Assembly: GCA_012295275.1 (NCBI GenBank)
Contig: CM022679.1
Coordinates: 24,366,001 to 24,430,000 of the forward strand
DNA length: 64,000 nt
Source of the DNA: Chrysomallon squamiferum
Taxonomy: Eukaryota; Animalia; Mollusca
Reading direction: 5' to 3'
Shown in pieces: positions 40,245 to 55,615 of this stretch. Below the pieces are notes generated by a model. The model had not been told where the DNA came from, made no database searches, and worked only from the letters and a program-made list of their open reading frames with translations. The position numbers were made by a program, and so were the translations under genes. Positions within the stretch are counted from its first letter, which is position 1, and each line of letters begins with the position of its first letter.

Positions 40245-42081
40245 TTTTTTAATATTTTTTTTTTTTTTTATTTGTTTTCCTTTTTTTCTGTAAACAAATC
40301 AGACTTTAAGTTGGAGGTGTTACTTTAATATAGATATTATCAGTCTATGTTAAATTGCATTGAATTTTTTCCCATTATCACATCCAAAGCAGTATAATTA
40401 TTTTCTGTAATTGAAAATACAAATAAAAGACAACGTTGTTGCTTTCAACAAGTGTCCTTTGTTTTGCGCGGAATTTTATATATTTGTTTTCTTAATTCTT
40501 ATTTACGTTCTTGCTTTTATATTACTTTGTTTGCTTTCTTTCTTGCATATTTACTTATGAAATCATGAACTGATTTATTTTTGTACTTATCCATTTATTT
40601 ATTTATATAATTATTAATTTTTCCACTATTTGTCTCTCTGTCCACCTATCTCTCTGTCTATCATCTATCGATCTGTTGGTTTGTCTTTCTGTCTTATCCG
40701 TCTATTTTTACACATCCAGTGAACACTGAAGAAAAGTAACCTAGAAAAATGTTCATTTTAAACATTCTGAATTGAAATAAGAAATCGTTAAGTTTACTAC
40801 GTAATTAAACTTATTAAAATTACATCATAAAGCCAGTTGTTTACCCAACTCAGTAAATTACTTCGTATCATTCCAAGAATCTCTTGTTTTTCTCTTTGAA
40901 AACCAGCCAGAGTTTAACGGTGCACGTGAACAAAACACTTAATTCATCATTTAAAAAAAAAAAGGTCTAAAAGAACAAAGATAAAAAACAAAACAGCTGC
41001 AGCATTTGTTCATGAAGAAAAAAAAAAACAACCAAAAATACCCCCCAAAACAACAACAAAAGATAAAGATAATAAATAAATAAATAAATAAATAAATAGA
41101 TGTACATACATAAATAAGTATATAAATGATAAATAAATGAATAAATAAATAAATAAATGTACATATATAAATAAGTAAATAAATGATAAATAAATAAATA
41201 AATAAATAAATAAGAAAGAGAAAAAAAGCATAAAAACTAAAACACTCAAAATGTGTATAAATAAATGAAAAAAATTGGTGTTCTGGAACATACATGTGGT
41301 TATTAATTACAAATAAAAATAAAAAATAAACATTTGGCGGATAAACAAATTGAAGACAGTGACAAATAAAACATGAACGAAAAGAAAGAAAAATGATCAT
41401 AGATAACAGAGAAGAAAGAAACAAAAAAAAAAAAAAATCAAAGAAGAAAAAAAAAAAAAGCAAATGAAAAAAAGAATTGCAAAGACAGAAACGGATTCGT
41501 AAAAAAACATTTAGTGATGTGTAAAATCAAAGTGTGAATTAATCGTCAGCTACCTTAGAGGTTAAATTAATCTTTGCCACTTCTGTGTGAAAAGCAGACA
41601 CGAAAAGTGATTTACAAAATATTTTCCAGTTCCATTCTGGTTTAAATCTAGATAGAATTACGTAACTTAAAACACAGATTCTAGATTTATTATCAGAAAA
41701 TGAAAAGTGAAGAAGGATGAATTAAGCTGGGGTTTTTCTCCATTTTCCCTTCTCTCTCTATCTTTGTCACTGTACATATATATCTCACACTGTCTCTCTC
41801 TGAATGTATTTGTTTCTTTCTCTCACTCTTTCCTTTACTATCATTCTCTTTCTGTCTCTTTCTCTATACATCTCTCTCTCTTTCTCTCTATATTTCCACC
41901 TCTGTCTCTCTTTCTCTCTTTCAATCTCTTTTTTTCTGTTTCACCATCATTTATCTCTTATTTCATTACTCTATCATCTTCACGAACACACACATAATAA
42001 ACATTAACAACAACAGCAACAGCACGAAACATTATTAACCAAAACATCGTGTGCCTTTTTCAAACTGTACTGCTTTCAGCC

Positions 42082-42347
42082 ATAATCAACACAATACAAC
42101 ATATGCCTCATCCATGAAACTGCCACAGTTGCATACTCATGACATTTATTTTCTCATTTCTATACATCATTTGAATAAATACATAAGCCTCTTCATGTCG
42201 TTAATTTTGCACATGAAAAATGAAAACTGTAAAAATAACTGTTAATATAGATTCGTTACAGATTCAGTACCTAATTGTTTGTACGTGTATAATCAACACA
42301 ATACAACATATGCATCACCTATGAAACTGCCAAAGTTGCATACTTAA
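42082..42347. repeat. ~58-bp direct repeat, copies at 42082 and 42289
   Basis: ataatcaacacaatacaacatatgc.tca.c.atgaaactgcca.agttgcatact occurs twice. Confidence 0.9.
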
Positions 42348-42985
42348 ATAACAGCCATCCGTTAAGTTTTGATCATGCGTTTTAAATTAATTGTTTTCTA
42401 TACCCTTCATTGTTTTCTCATTTACCCCCTACTTTAATATTAGCGGTTATTTTAATACAGTTTTAAAGATATAAATATAATAAATATTTAAAAGTAAAGT
42501 AATAACGCATCTAGTCTGAGTTTTACACACATACACATACCCATACATACTTATAGGCCTATATACATACATATATAGATAGATATAGATATAGATGATA
42601 TAGATGTAAATACACATACAAACACATACACAGATACATACACACATCATATTATACATCGTCTTCAAATACGCTGCAATTTCTACAGAGCTGATCTACA
42701 TTCATATGTCGACATTTAATGTACGTTATCTGCTAGGCGTCAAAAACAAATATATATATATCATCCAAAGTGACTGATAAGTGAAATGGAAAAGCTTTTA
42801 AATTTCCCCTTATCATGATATAAAATCGAGGAAGAGAATTCTGAGGTTTGTAGTGTTAAAACAGTATATTTTGTTGTTTTTTCTCAGACTTTCAATAATT
42901 AAGAATTATTGTTCTTATTTAAATACGTTTGAAAATTTGTCAAAATTCCTTTCTGTCTGACAGTCTGTCTCTATCGGAGTCTATT

Positions 42986-43166
42986 TATATGTCTCTGTCT
43001 GGATGTTTGTCTGTGTATCTTTCTCTCTGTTTATCTGCTGTCTACATATATATCCATCTATCATCTACCTAATGCCTGTCTGTGTAATGCCTATCTCTAT
43101 TGGTTTGTCTGAGATATCTGTCCATCTGTTCGAGAGACTGACATTTGGTCTACCATCCACATGTTC

Positions 43167-43255
<89 letters not shown>

Positions 43256-43258
43256 ATT
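42986..43258 (+). repeat. Dispersed repeat copy A (~180 bp unique sequence plus a (CT)n tract)
   Basis: Reverse complement of 56500-56736. I count 5 substitutions and one 4-bp indel in the non-microsatellite part. Confidence 0.95.
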
Positions 43259-44474
43259 GTGTGTCTGTCCATCTATGTATCTATCTGTTTATACACCTAC
43301 CAGGTTCTGTACATTTTTCTAATTACCCGCTCACCTTCGTTCAACGTACAATTATATAGTGTTGTGTTTAATTTGATTATTAAATAGTTTTTGTTATTTA
43401 TTTATTTGTTTATTGGTATGTTTGTTTATTTATTTAGTTTTATTTTGTTGTTATTGCTCTCTTTTAACTTGCTTTTTTTTTTTTTTTTTTTCCACCTTTA
43501 TTTCTCTGTGAAACAGATATGTTGGTATTTTGTGGTAAATGAATATGTTTAGTCTGTCTTCACGAATTATGATAACGTGTCGCTTAGATCGGCTGTAACT
43601 GATGTGAAATAAATGAATTTTTTCCTGAAAATAATATCTTACTGTTTGTAAACAAAATATCTTCAAATGATCTCCAGCATTTTTATATATATGTATATAT
43701 TACTTTTCATTTCAATTTATTTTTTTGTTATTTATTTAATTTTTTGTTTCTCGTTTCTGCTTTCTTGGATGTTATTGCAAAAGATATAGCTAATAAAACA
43801 TGATATATAAAGAAAACATTGTGAAATGGAAGAAGCACGTTTTTATCACAAACAAATATTTGGGATACTGTGTTTCGAAACAGCCTCGCAAATAAACCCC
43901 CTCAGATACACAAACACTCACACACACACACACACACACACACATACATACATACGTATATATACACATACATACACAATAACATAAACGTAAAAATATA
44001 TATTATCACTATAATTTTTGTTCAGACTCCTGCATAATTTGTATAAAAATCTTTAGATTTTTAATTATTTTTAGTTCTTTTTTTTCTGACCGTTTAAATT
44101 TATTTACTTGTTCTCAGATAAACTGGAGCCTGTGTGTACTACGATACAGCTTTTATATGTTTTATTGTCTGAGAGCGAAAACATCTCAGTGAAAGTCTGT
44201 TTACGATTAACGTTGTGATATACGATTTGCAGTGTATCGCAACTGGAGTATCTAGTTTTACAGTTTTCAAAGCAGCTAATTTTTGAGAAATGAGCTGACG
44301 TTAAGAGGTTTAAATGTTTCTCTAAGCATAACGTGTGTAACGGGCGATAAGAGAATTTATTTTATTTATTTTCATTTATATTACATGATAACAAACTTGT
44401 CGTATGCCTGATTGTTTATTAGATGTGTGAGTGTATGTGTATATGTCTATATGTGTGTACGTTATGTACATATA

Positions 44475-44510
<36 letters not shown>

Positions 44511-47179
44511 TGAATATAATTTTATACATACATAATGTCATGATTTCAGTGAGCGTTACATTGTCCACATAATCTGTATACGCACATGTTTATCCTTTTA
44601 TATTTGACAGTTTTCATGGCAGTCCACAATAATACATGTATAATGTTAGATTGTATAATTTTGTTAATATTTTCTTCTGTTTTTCTTTTATTCTGTATTA
44701 GTTTCTTGTAATATAATTATTTCGACATCATTATGAAGAAAACAAATACATTATAACTAAAGACAAAAGCGCACACCCATGTAAATTAAACACGACCATT
44801 TACACACATACACAGACACATACAAACACATACTACAGACAAAAACGCAAAACATCTAGACAGGTTTAAACAAGTTAAAAATAAAACAGTAATCCGGACA
44901 TACAAACACCCCAATACGTAAACAAACAGGACCACAATTGTACAAACACACAGGATTTGGCAAGCACTTCTTAGCTATCAGTCTTAATCCAAACCTGTCA
45001 AACACAATTACCATAATTACCGCGAGGAAACCTCTCGAAATGCAATAAAACTAATAAGAACATTTCCTCTCAGTGTACACACACAATGGTTTGCTCGCAA
45101 ACAGCTAGTTTGACTGCAAATCTTCTTGCAGCCCCAAGTCGCCTATTCAGTGACACCCAATAGCCGATGATTGCCAACTAACTACGGACGATATTAAGCT
45201 TTCCTTTGTATTTTCCTTTATTGAAATTGGCAATCGATTCTATTTTCTTATTAGTGTCTTTGCCGTTAAGAAGATCAAGAGGAAAGAGATGTCACCGAGA
45301 TGACTCTAATTCTTTGAAAATATCGCAAGATAATTAGTCTTGAAAATTAATCGCGAAGCCCCCAAAAATACATTTTTAATGCACAGATCTAGACACTTGA
45401 AAAACAGGTATTTATAGAGATGTTTTTGCTGAATTGGAATTTATTTTGAAAAAAAAAAAAAAGAAAAAGAAAAAAAAAAATAGAGATTATAGTTGACGGT
45501 TTAATAAATTTGAAGTTTTCTAAGCAGCAATTATCTTTGCTTAATGGGTAAACCATCCCTGATCTATGCTTAGACGTGAAGAGAATATCTTCAAGGGACC
45601 AAACGTATCCCAGTTTCCTAACACATCGCATCTGCGTCATTTTCCAGGCAGGATTTTTCACATGATGTAATGGGGAAAAGCAGTAATGTAAAATATCCGC
45701 ATTCTAAAATCCACGTATCATTACAGTCTCTAAAACCTGTCAACTGAGACATACAGGTCAATTAGGAAGTTAGGAACTGCTAAGCTGTCTGTCTGTATGT
45801 CTGTCAACAACAAAAGGAGCTATGTCATCAGAAATTTTTTTTTTAGCTTCATTTACAATAACTAAACATTGTGTGTTAGTAGTGGGAAAGAAAGTAGACA
45901 GAAAGTTAAATTAAGAATTTTTAAAACCAAAAAAAAAACAAACAGAATTGCGAATACTGAATGGACTGTAGGAAAGATAGACCATTTTACATTTATCCAC
46001 AATTTGCTTCTTATTTTATTTTGAAGTCATCTTACTTTTTTCTTCTTTTCTTTTTATTTACTTTCTTACGCTGTTTTTTTTTCTCTCTCTTTATTTTTCT
46101 ATTTTTCTTTTCTCTCTGTCGTATTATTCTTCACTTTGTTATTTTTTTCTTCTTTTTTGGTCACTTTCTTTCTTCTTCTTTTTTTTGTTTTGTTTTTCTT
46201 TTCTTCCTTCTTTTTACCCCGTTTCTTTTCTTCCATATTTTTTTTTTTTTTTTTTTTCTTTCTTCCAGTTTCCTTTCTTTTTTTCTTCTAAATGGAGAAA
46301 ACGAACAGACAGAAAAACTCCTTAATCACAAACAATCTGTCATTAATTTCCAGAACTGTGACAAATACCTAAAATATCAGTCGTCAAGAGTGGAGGACGT
46401 TAGAAAAGAGAGAAATGAAAAACGGAGATAACTTTCAGTTTTTATTCCACACGTCTAGGTTTCACTTTCCAATCAATCTCGATTACTTAAAGAAATCAGT
46501 CGATCTTCAGTGAACATGATCTCAAGCGGCCGGCAATAGACGCCGAAGTGGCTTTGTTAAAATGTACGTAGATCGAATAAAACGAATAAAGATATACAAG
46601 ATGGCGGATTTCCAATGATTTCGTATTGTTCGCTGAAGACATTCATTGCTGGTTATCACGAAAAGAGGAAGAAGCAGACGCCTGTTTCACACAATAAAGT
46701 TTCCAAAACCGATCTGTTTTTACCTCGGTCATGTTGTCCATGAATAGTAATTTATTAGCCCGTTCTGGGAATTATCATAACCCAGACCTCTCAGAAGTCA
46801 TCTTGCTTGCAACGAATGGAGCAGTGCGCTTTAAACATGGGTGGAAATTACCGCGTTCCTCTAAAGAATAGAAAGGCAAAGTTTCCGACATAAAAAAAAA
46901 AAATATGGCTGAATGGGATCGAGTCGGAAATTGTCGAGGAATAACATTCTTATTTAGAGGTTTTAGTGTCAAATAGATATTGATGTTTCATTCTGTAAAA
47001 GTGCTCTTCGTCATTTTCCATGAAAGGTCACTCCGACTCGGATGTAAAAATACAACGCAGAAGGTGAAAAAAAAAAAAAAACACAAAAATATTAATAAAA
47101 AATAAAGATGCTAATACTCAATCACGCCTCTGTGATTTGCAAGTATTTACATCTTTAGCATTCATAGCAAATCAGGATT

Positions 47180-47749
47180 GCTACTACAGCAACTTTACTA
47201 TTACTGCTGTTACTACTACTACTGCTACTACTACTACTGCTACTACCACTGCTATTACTATTACTACTACTACAACTGCTACTTACATTACTATAGATTT
47301 TACTTTACTATTACTACTGGTACCTCTATTGCAGCTACTACTATTACTCTGCTAATACTGCAACTGCTATTTCTAATCCTACTACTACTTACATTTCTAC
47401 TGCTGCTACTACTGCTACGTCTATTGCAGCTACTATATTACTTCTAATCCTACTACTACTGCTAATACTGCATCTGCTATTTTACTCTATTACTCAGCTA
47501 ATCTGTATTTCTAATACTACTTACATTTCTACTGCTGCTACTACTACTATTACTCTGCTAATACTGCAACAGCTATTTCTAATCGTACTACTACTTACAT
47601 TTCTACTGCTGCTACTACTACTATTACTTTGCTAATACTGCAACTGCTATTTCTAATCCTACTACTACATACATTGCTACTACTGCTACTACTTTTTAAC
47701 AATTCTATTGCTTCTCCTTCTCCTTCTAAAGTCACTACTACTACTACTA

Positions 47750-47792
<43 letters not shown>

Positions 47793-47910
47793 CACTACTA
47801 CTACTACTACTACTACTGCTTCTACTACTACTACTACTACTACTACTGCTGCTGCTGCTTCTACTACTGCTACTACTAATAATACTACTACCAGTAATCC
47901 TGCTACTACC
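47180..47910. repeat. (TAC)n-derived low-complexity region with higher-order units
   Basis: Blocks such as ctgctaatactgcaactgctatttctaatcctactactac(t)tacatt recur about 4 times, followed by nearly pure (ACT)n. Confidence 0.9.
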
Positions 47911-48225
47911 AGCGGCTGTAAAAAAGTGTTTATATGTCTCTATCTGGTTGCACTGATTTAATGGTTTATTAAACAAAAACAATTATTTTCTATGTTACAT
48001 TTGAACATATGAGTCCGTAGTTAGCGATATACAGCTAGTGAACTGTAGATGTATACACGTGATGCCAGTGTGTCATGTCTGTTTATCTGTGCGAAAAATA
48101 TGTTGTCGATAAGTGTATCCCGTGCAGTGGTTTCATCTTTCAAACTTTTATCTCTGTAAAATAATGTCTGACACATAAAAATATATTAATAATGTATTGG
48201 TGGTTTTTCGATCTTTTTTCTTTTT

Positions 48226-48271
<46 letters not shown>

Positions 48272-48295
48272 TTATATATAATCTATTTCTGTCTA

Positions 48296-48344
<49 letters not shown>

Positions 48345-48800
48345 GAAATAGATAGACAGAAAGATAGACAGATATGTTCATTATATATATATCTTCTATG
48401 GTGAAAAAGTAACTGAGAAGATATTAAGATTTATCATTCAACCGAGAAGAAGTTATACGTTATTAAATATAATAGTTAAGTTAGTTATCAGATAGAAAGA
48501 GATAAACGAGATTATGTTCAAAGTGAGAGTATTCATCGTCTCCGTGTTTTCCAGTAAAGTGAAAATTAATATTCATAGTTCACATAGACAAAGATATTTT
48601 TAACAAAAGTGTACGAGAAATACGAAGAAGTAAAAACTTCAGTACAATAACTGCTGTTACATCTGCTAGTACAATATCTATCAATACCTTTTGTTGTTAC
48701 CACAACAATAATTACTACTGCTGCTATCAATACTACTTATGGTACTGCTAGTGATACTACAACTACCACAACCACACTAATAACAAAATAATTACATTTT

Positions 48801-49038
48801 CAGGCCTTTGAGACTTTAAATTAATAACGAATTAACCACAGCTTACAATATGACTAAAAAAAAATAAAAGGAATTTGTAATAAAAACGATTACACAGGAA
48901 ATGACTTGAAAAGCATTATATTTGCAGGCCTTTAATAACCTCTGATTTAACACCACATCAAGCAAGTTTGAATTAAGATATGACTAAAAATAAAAGGTAT
49001 TTGCAATAAAAATTATTACGGAGGAAATGAGTTGAAAA
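48801..49038. repeat. Diverged tandem duplication (period ~125 bp)
   Basis: caggccttt...atatgactaaaaa..taaaagg.atttg.aataaaaa..attac..aggaaatga.ttgaaaa occurs twice. Confidence 0.85.
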
Positions 49039-50114
49039 TAGAATGCGACCTCTGAACTTTGAATGGTCCAAGTGCTTCCTCTTTGCCACCATTAACTGCT
49101 AAACAGCCGAAACTGATCAAGGGGAACGAAAGCTTTGATAAATTACACTGGAAATAAAAGATGAAGACTGCGTAGACCGCCTGGAGGGAAGATGATGCTA
49201 ACAGTGGTTTAAGTAAAAGTATTAGTATTAATATTAGCATTTGCATTGGTGGTAGTAGTAGTAGTATGGTAGTAATAGCAACAGCAGCAGCAGCAGCAGT
49301 AATAGTAATAGCAATAGGAGTAGTACTAGTAGTAGTGGGAGCATTAGGATTAATGGTAACAATACTAGAATTAGTTGCTGTAGGGTATTATTATTAGTAG
49401 AAATAGTTATTGCAGCATTAATTCTAGAAGTATTGGCTCTGATTAATGTCTTCGTGTCACTGTCTGTAATACTGGTAACTTCTGACATGCGTCTATCAGA
49501 AAACTGTTTTATACATGCATTTCATGGTGACGTCCTTTGAATTCGTTTCCTATTTATTTATTTTTTAATTTTATTTTGTATTTACTTCAGTACATTATCA
49601 TCCAGAACGGTTGATTCCATCGTCCATACAGACTCCGCCAGATTTTGTTTTTCTCGTATAAAAGATTTTCTTTCAAAGTGACAACTTTGGCCCTCGGCTT
49701 TTGAAGAATGTATCGCTAAACGAAAATTCTCTCTGTTATCTGTTTTATTTCTGAGTTAGTTATCCTTTCCAGTACATTGAGTACAGATTAACCATTGCAC
49801 TTTCTTCTTAGAATGTGTTCTTGACAGTTTGACTTAAATTATGGCAGTCAGGTATTTAACAAATTGAAAAGCAGCCAAATTTAGAAAGATTAATTGTTGA
49901 CTATTTATTGCCGATAATGTGAATGAGTACGAAAACGTTCAATAACAGATTATTTATTTGAAAAAAAGAGTTTATAAATAAACCACTGTAATTTTTCCTA
50001 TAAATTTAAAGTTCTTTGGAGGCTGATGCATAATTTGAAATTCTTGAATCGGCAAATCGTTTTAACGTTTTTAACTCAGACTTTTTATTAGTGTCACTTC
50101 TCTTACATTATTAC

Positions 50115-50221
<107 letters not shown>

Positions 50222-52259
50222 ATTCTCTCTTTCTCATTATCACTCTCATTTTCTCTTGTCATTCTTTCTGTAACTCTCTCATATGACTCTCTTATATACC
50301 TGTCTGTATGTATTTATATATGTATATTTTTCTGTCTGTTTGGCTGTCTAGTTTCCTCTGCCTTTCTCGCTACAATATTATATTTTTCTTTATTATTACT
50401 TATTTATTTATCTGTATGCGTCCCTCTCTTCTTTAACTGTATATTAGAACCCTTTCCTTTTCTTTCGCCTCACTGAGTCGATCCTTCTTCTATGACTTTC
50501 TTCCGCCTCACAGTCGTTATCGTTACCTAAGAAGCTGACAAAAAAAATGTGCGAGATGATTTCATTTGTTTTAACGTCAGAAGAAACTCTCATCCCCGAA
50601 ACGATCCTAAATTCACCTTAATCCCGACTTCAAACCCGAAGTAATTCCTTTCCACCACCAACTAATCAAGCCTTGAAGATTCCGCCCACTCCACGTACAA
50701 TAAAAACCCAAGCATCAGCAGCACTACGACTAAATTTAGCTGAAAGAAGAAGCAATTCTGGATTCCCCGGCTCTTCAAATTGGTATCTATCCACGGTGCC
50801 GACAAGACCGGAGGTCGTAGCTGCTGCCCATTAATTTCAAACAGCCTACAGAACGAGCTTTCTCTCTGATTACAAGCCGATCATTTGTCGGAATTGCCAC
50901 CAAACATTATAGATCAAGTGTCAAATTCGATTAAGAGGCACGGAAGTCTTCTTTCTCGCACTTCTCTAAATCTTTACGCGTTCAGATTCCAATCTGTTCA
51001 TCCCGGACCTGAAACTCGGAGATGGTTGTTTATACTTCGAACCTATTCGCTGCAGTGTGATAGTTCTGATCCGAAGTCAAGAGAGAAAGATGATTAATTT
51101 GGTACTAGACGTCCCAGTTCTGAAATAAATAAGCTTTAGAGTATTGCTTGTAATACACAACAATCCAAATACGTACGTTCGTACCAACGTACATACCTAC
51201 CTACTTAACATCATACGTACATACATACATATACATATACATGAATATACATACATGGATGCATATATTTAAACAAACACACATACACGCCGATCTGCAT
51301 ACATACATTCACCATTCTATACATAGGAACACAATCACACACACACACACTATCGATTCGTTCCTGTTTTTCAACAGTTTATATTTTCTTTGGCTGAGTA
51401 ATTAAAAATTTAAACTGAAAAATAGACATAAACATAGAAATGAGAGATTACTAATCAGTCGCAAAATTCATTAATAATTAAAATGATGCATGAATACCAG
51501 GTGTGCAAATGCTGCGATTAAAACAAATGATAAAATTTAGACTTGGTATCATCTTTAAAATATGCGTTGCCTTCAAGCATATCTCTATGCTGTTAACGAG
51601 AATCCTGGTTGATTTATCCCGAGTAACTTAAAAAAGTTAAAGTGTGCCAAAGTTAATAAAACTTTAATTCAATCTCTTTTCAGAAAAAAAGTTAGCAAAG
51701 GATTTGGTATTTTTTCTCTAAGTGCACCAAAAAATTCAGTAACCTTGATTTCCTGTCTCACTGCTAAGAAAATAAATAAAAATAAATAAAATAAAATAAA
51801 ATAAAAAATGAAATAAATAAAAAATGAAATAAATAAATATATAAATAAATAAATAAATAAATAAATAAATGTGTTTCTTCTCGTTGCCTGTTCTCAATTA
51901 ACGTACCAGTGCTATCGTTTCACTGGGTTTATCACGACGTCTCAAAGCCGCATGGCATAACGCTACGAGAAACCGAGATTGTAAGAGATACACGCGAAAA
52001 CAGGTGAAAGATAATCGCACAATATCTCTCTCCCTTATCTCTGTCGTTTTAGCTCTCTTCCATCAGACAACTTTTCAAGCATTTATGTCGTAGACAAACC
52101 TGTGATTTAGCCATGAAGTCGTCACTCCAGAGCAGGATGTGTCTGATTCATTCTGGTATGTTTCTGCATGTCTTTCTTTCTATCCCTCGACCTGTGTTTG
52201 CTTACTCTGTTCAAGTACCGCCATATAAACTTAATTTTTATTAAAAGATTCTTTTCTTG

Positions 52260-52910
52260 TAATGTAGTAATTGCTGTAGTCGTAGCAGCAGCAGTAGTAA
52301 TCGTAGTAGTAGTAGTAGTAGTAGAAATAGTGGTTGTTGTATCGCAGTAAGTAGTAAAAGGTAATGGTAATTTTATAATAGTAACAGTAATAGTAGTAGT
52401 AATAGTGTAGTAGTAGTAGTAGTAATAATGGCAATTGCAGAAACAATAATAATAATAGTAGCAGTAGCTGTTGTTGTCGCAGTAAGTAGTAGTAGTAGTA
52501 GCAGCAGCAGTAATCGTAGTAGTAGTAGAAGTAGAAGTAGTAGTTGTGTCGCAGTAAGTAGTAGTAGTAGTAATAATGGTAATTGTAATAACAGTAATAG
52601 TAGCTGTAGCTGTTGTCGCAGTAAGTAATAGTAGTAGTAGCAGTAGTAATGGTAACTGAAGTAACAGTAATAGTAGTATTAGTATTAGTAATAATGGCAA
52701 TTGTAGTAACAATAATAGTAATATTAGCAGTTGTCGCAGTAAGTAGTAGTAGTAATAGTAGTAGTAGAGGTAGTAGCAATAGTGGTGGTAGTGGTAATTG
52801 TAATAACAGTGGTAGTAACAGTAGTAATAATAATAATAATAGTAGTAGTAGTAGTAGTGGTAGTGGTAGTAGTAAAACGCTCAGTACTTAGTAGCAGTTA
52901 TAGTAGTAAT
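52260..52910. repeat. (GTA)n-derived region with 5 copies of TCGCAGTAAGT
   Basis: The motif occurs at 52342, 52477, 52549, 52616 and 52734, separated by trinucleotide tracts. Confidence 0.9.
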
Positions 52911-53509
52911 TTTAATTAAAAAGATATATCATATATCGTATAATATATATAGCTTAGCATAGCACTGCACAGCACAGCACAGCACAGTATATAACAACAG
53001 TTTAAAACCTTTTCACACAATGATTACAAAACATTTTTTTTTTTTAGTTATGCGCAGTTTAAAACGCGGCGTCGTAAACAGCACTGTTTATATTATGTAC
53101 GAACTTTAAACGAACCTTACGCAGTTAGCGAGCAGACGATAACAGGAATTAATTTCTGTTGGTACAAGTAATCAATCAAACCTCTCCTAATTAACTCTTT
53201 TAATAAGAACAGAATGCATGCTAAACTGCACGTTATGGCTGTTTACTGGGTTTGAAAAATAGACGTGTAATGTATATTGTATGCTAATGAAGAGGAAACG
53301 ATTTAGACTACCGAGACAAGTCCCTTGTGTTGGTTACCGCTAAGTACCATAAAGTTTGATGATTTTTATACAAATGACTGATGAAAGATAAGACGATAAA
53401 ATTTTATTGTTGTGCTGGTGTAGTTTTGGATGTAATTGCACTGTCTGATGAAGTTTCAATTTTGGCTAAAATTTCTCAAACAGCAACAGTTTATTTTAGT
53501 TAAAACATT

Positions 53510-53795
53510 AGTTACAAAGATTGCAAATAGTCTATCGTTACAAAGGTTATCAGCACATAGATGCTAAAATGATCATCAGTATTCAACCGTTACACAAATT
53601 ATTCAGAGCTTGCCAATGTTACCTAGTTACACAAACTACCAAAGTGCCATAGTTACAAACAACTATTGCAGTGATTAACAGTACACCGTGGTTACAAAAA
53701 TAACCACTGCACTAAGGTACAGAAATTACCAGCGTGCTATTTATAGAAAGATTACTGGTGGTTACAAAGTCTACCCGTGCCTTTTGGTTAAGATG
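53510..53795. repeat. Very degenerate ~26-bp minisatellite
   Basis: GTTACAAA or GTTACACAAA heads recur, followed by (T/A)TACC-like segments. Confidence 0.5.
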
Positions 53796-54729
53796 ATTAA
53801 GAATGCTTGTCGCAATTAACCGACATAAAGTCAAATGTGTCGGTAAACAGAATTAGGTTTTCTTTCTCAGTCATCGACAAGAAACGTTTTTGATTAACTT
53901 TTCTTTCTTTTTCTTTTAATCTGTCGCTAATTCGAAACTGAATTATGCTGTTTTATTTCTCGTTAATTTCACGATTTGCACGTGGTTTTTTTATAATTTT
54001 ATTATGAGATTTGTTTTTTTGATTTCTTCTCTCTTTCGTCGACAAAATTATTAGAGTTTAATCAGAAGAGCAGGCTTTCGGTTAAGGAAGAAAAGTTAAA
54101 GCACATGTTTTTGGTGAAGTGTAAAATAATTATTCTCTCCTGTTTCTATACGTTCTTCGTTCTTCTTCTTCATCTTCTTCTTCTTCGCTACAGCGGATGA
54201 TCTTTAAGCAGAATGCTTGATCATTGATTTTTTTTCAGTGTTTATCGTCCTAAATTGTCATCATGTTTAACGAAAAAAAAAATCTCTTACCTGTTACTGC
54301 AATACGGAGATAGAGACTCAAACATCGTGTTAGATTGCCTATGAAATACCAAGCCTGTTATTAAGACTGTGTTTTGAACTATATAATCAAATCCCTCTAG
54401 AAATTGCAATAAAATGCCTGTCAATATTTTATGGCCTAGCTGGATATTACAAAAAAAAAGAAGTCAGAAAAAAGATATATATATAAATCTTCGCTAATCT
54501 TCTGAAACACATTTTGTTTAATTACATATATCTGTTATTAACACACAAAGTAAAATCGTTAATAAGATATTACATTTTATTATCTCTTGTTTCTAGTCGT
54601 TTTAGTGTCCATTTATGACCGGAACGGCTGCAATAAAAGAGAGACGACGAAGTGATATATTATATATATATTAAAAACTATAAACGATATTTTTATTTTA
54701 ATCGTACTCAGTAGGGAGAGTGGGAGAGT

Positions 54730-54882
<153 letters not shown>

Positions 54883-55531
54883 GATGATATGGATGATATG
54901 GTATTTGTGCTTTACGCACCTACATTAATTGTGTATGCTTACAGGCATTAACGATGAATTTTGTTCTAGTAATAACGAAAAGTACATGTGTGCAAATATT
55001 GCTTTAATCTATTTCATTTTGTTATTCTATAAATATGTCGTCAAACAAAATAAACATGATTAATTGCCTTTCATAAATCGGTCTACTTCAATATTTCACC
55101 CATTGATTAAAATAAACAGCCAAAAAAAAAAAAAGGCTACACCAAAAACAATAAAACAAAACACAGGCTCTATTACTGATTAACTATCATATTGCGTGTT
55201 GATAAATGTTTCGTCGGTTTATGACAGTTTTATTTGGAATGACGCTTACTTCGCTCGAGTACTCCGCAGGGCAATATGCTATTTAATATCTGGATACTCG
55301 TGCTTTGCTGCCAATTAAGTAGGTATTTTAGTCTTTTGAATATTTAGCTTATTTCTGTTGTTACAGCGTTGGTTTGTCACATTTATTATCTGTTATTAAC
55401 ACCGATTGTTATAGAGATAAGTGGAGGATAATTATACTGATTATGAAAAAGAGTCACTGATATTTTAAAGATACTCTGAACTCCTGCAATTATAGCATAG
55501 CTGTTAGAAGTTACTATTTGTTTCATGATCA

Positions 55532-55532
<1 letters not shown>

Positions 55533-55615
<83 letters not shown>

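Noticed and set aside
50622-51097. Two ~70-codon open frames in a GC-richer block
   Set aside because: They are interrupted by stops, show no recognisable domain and have no convincing splice sites.
51142-51160. TATTGCTTG-TAATACAC resembling miR-137 (also partial miR-190-like at ~37205 and miR-124-like at ~20660)
   Set aside because: The matches are partial and I see no complementary arm forming a pre-miRNA hairpin.
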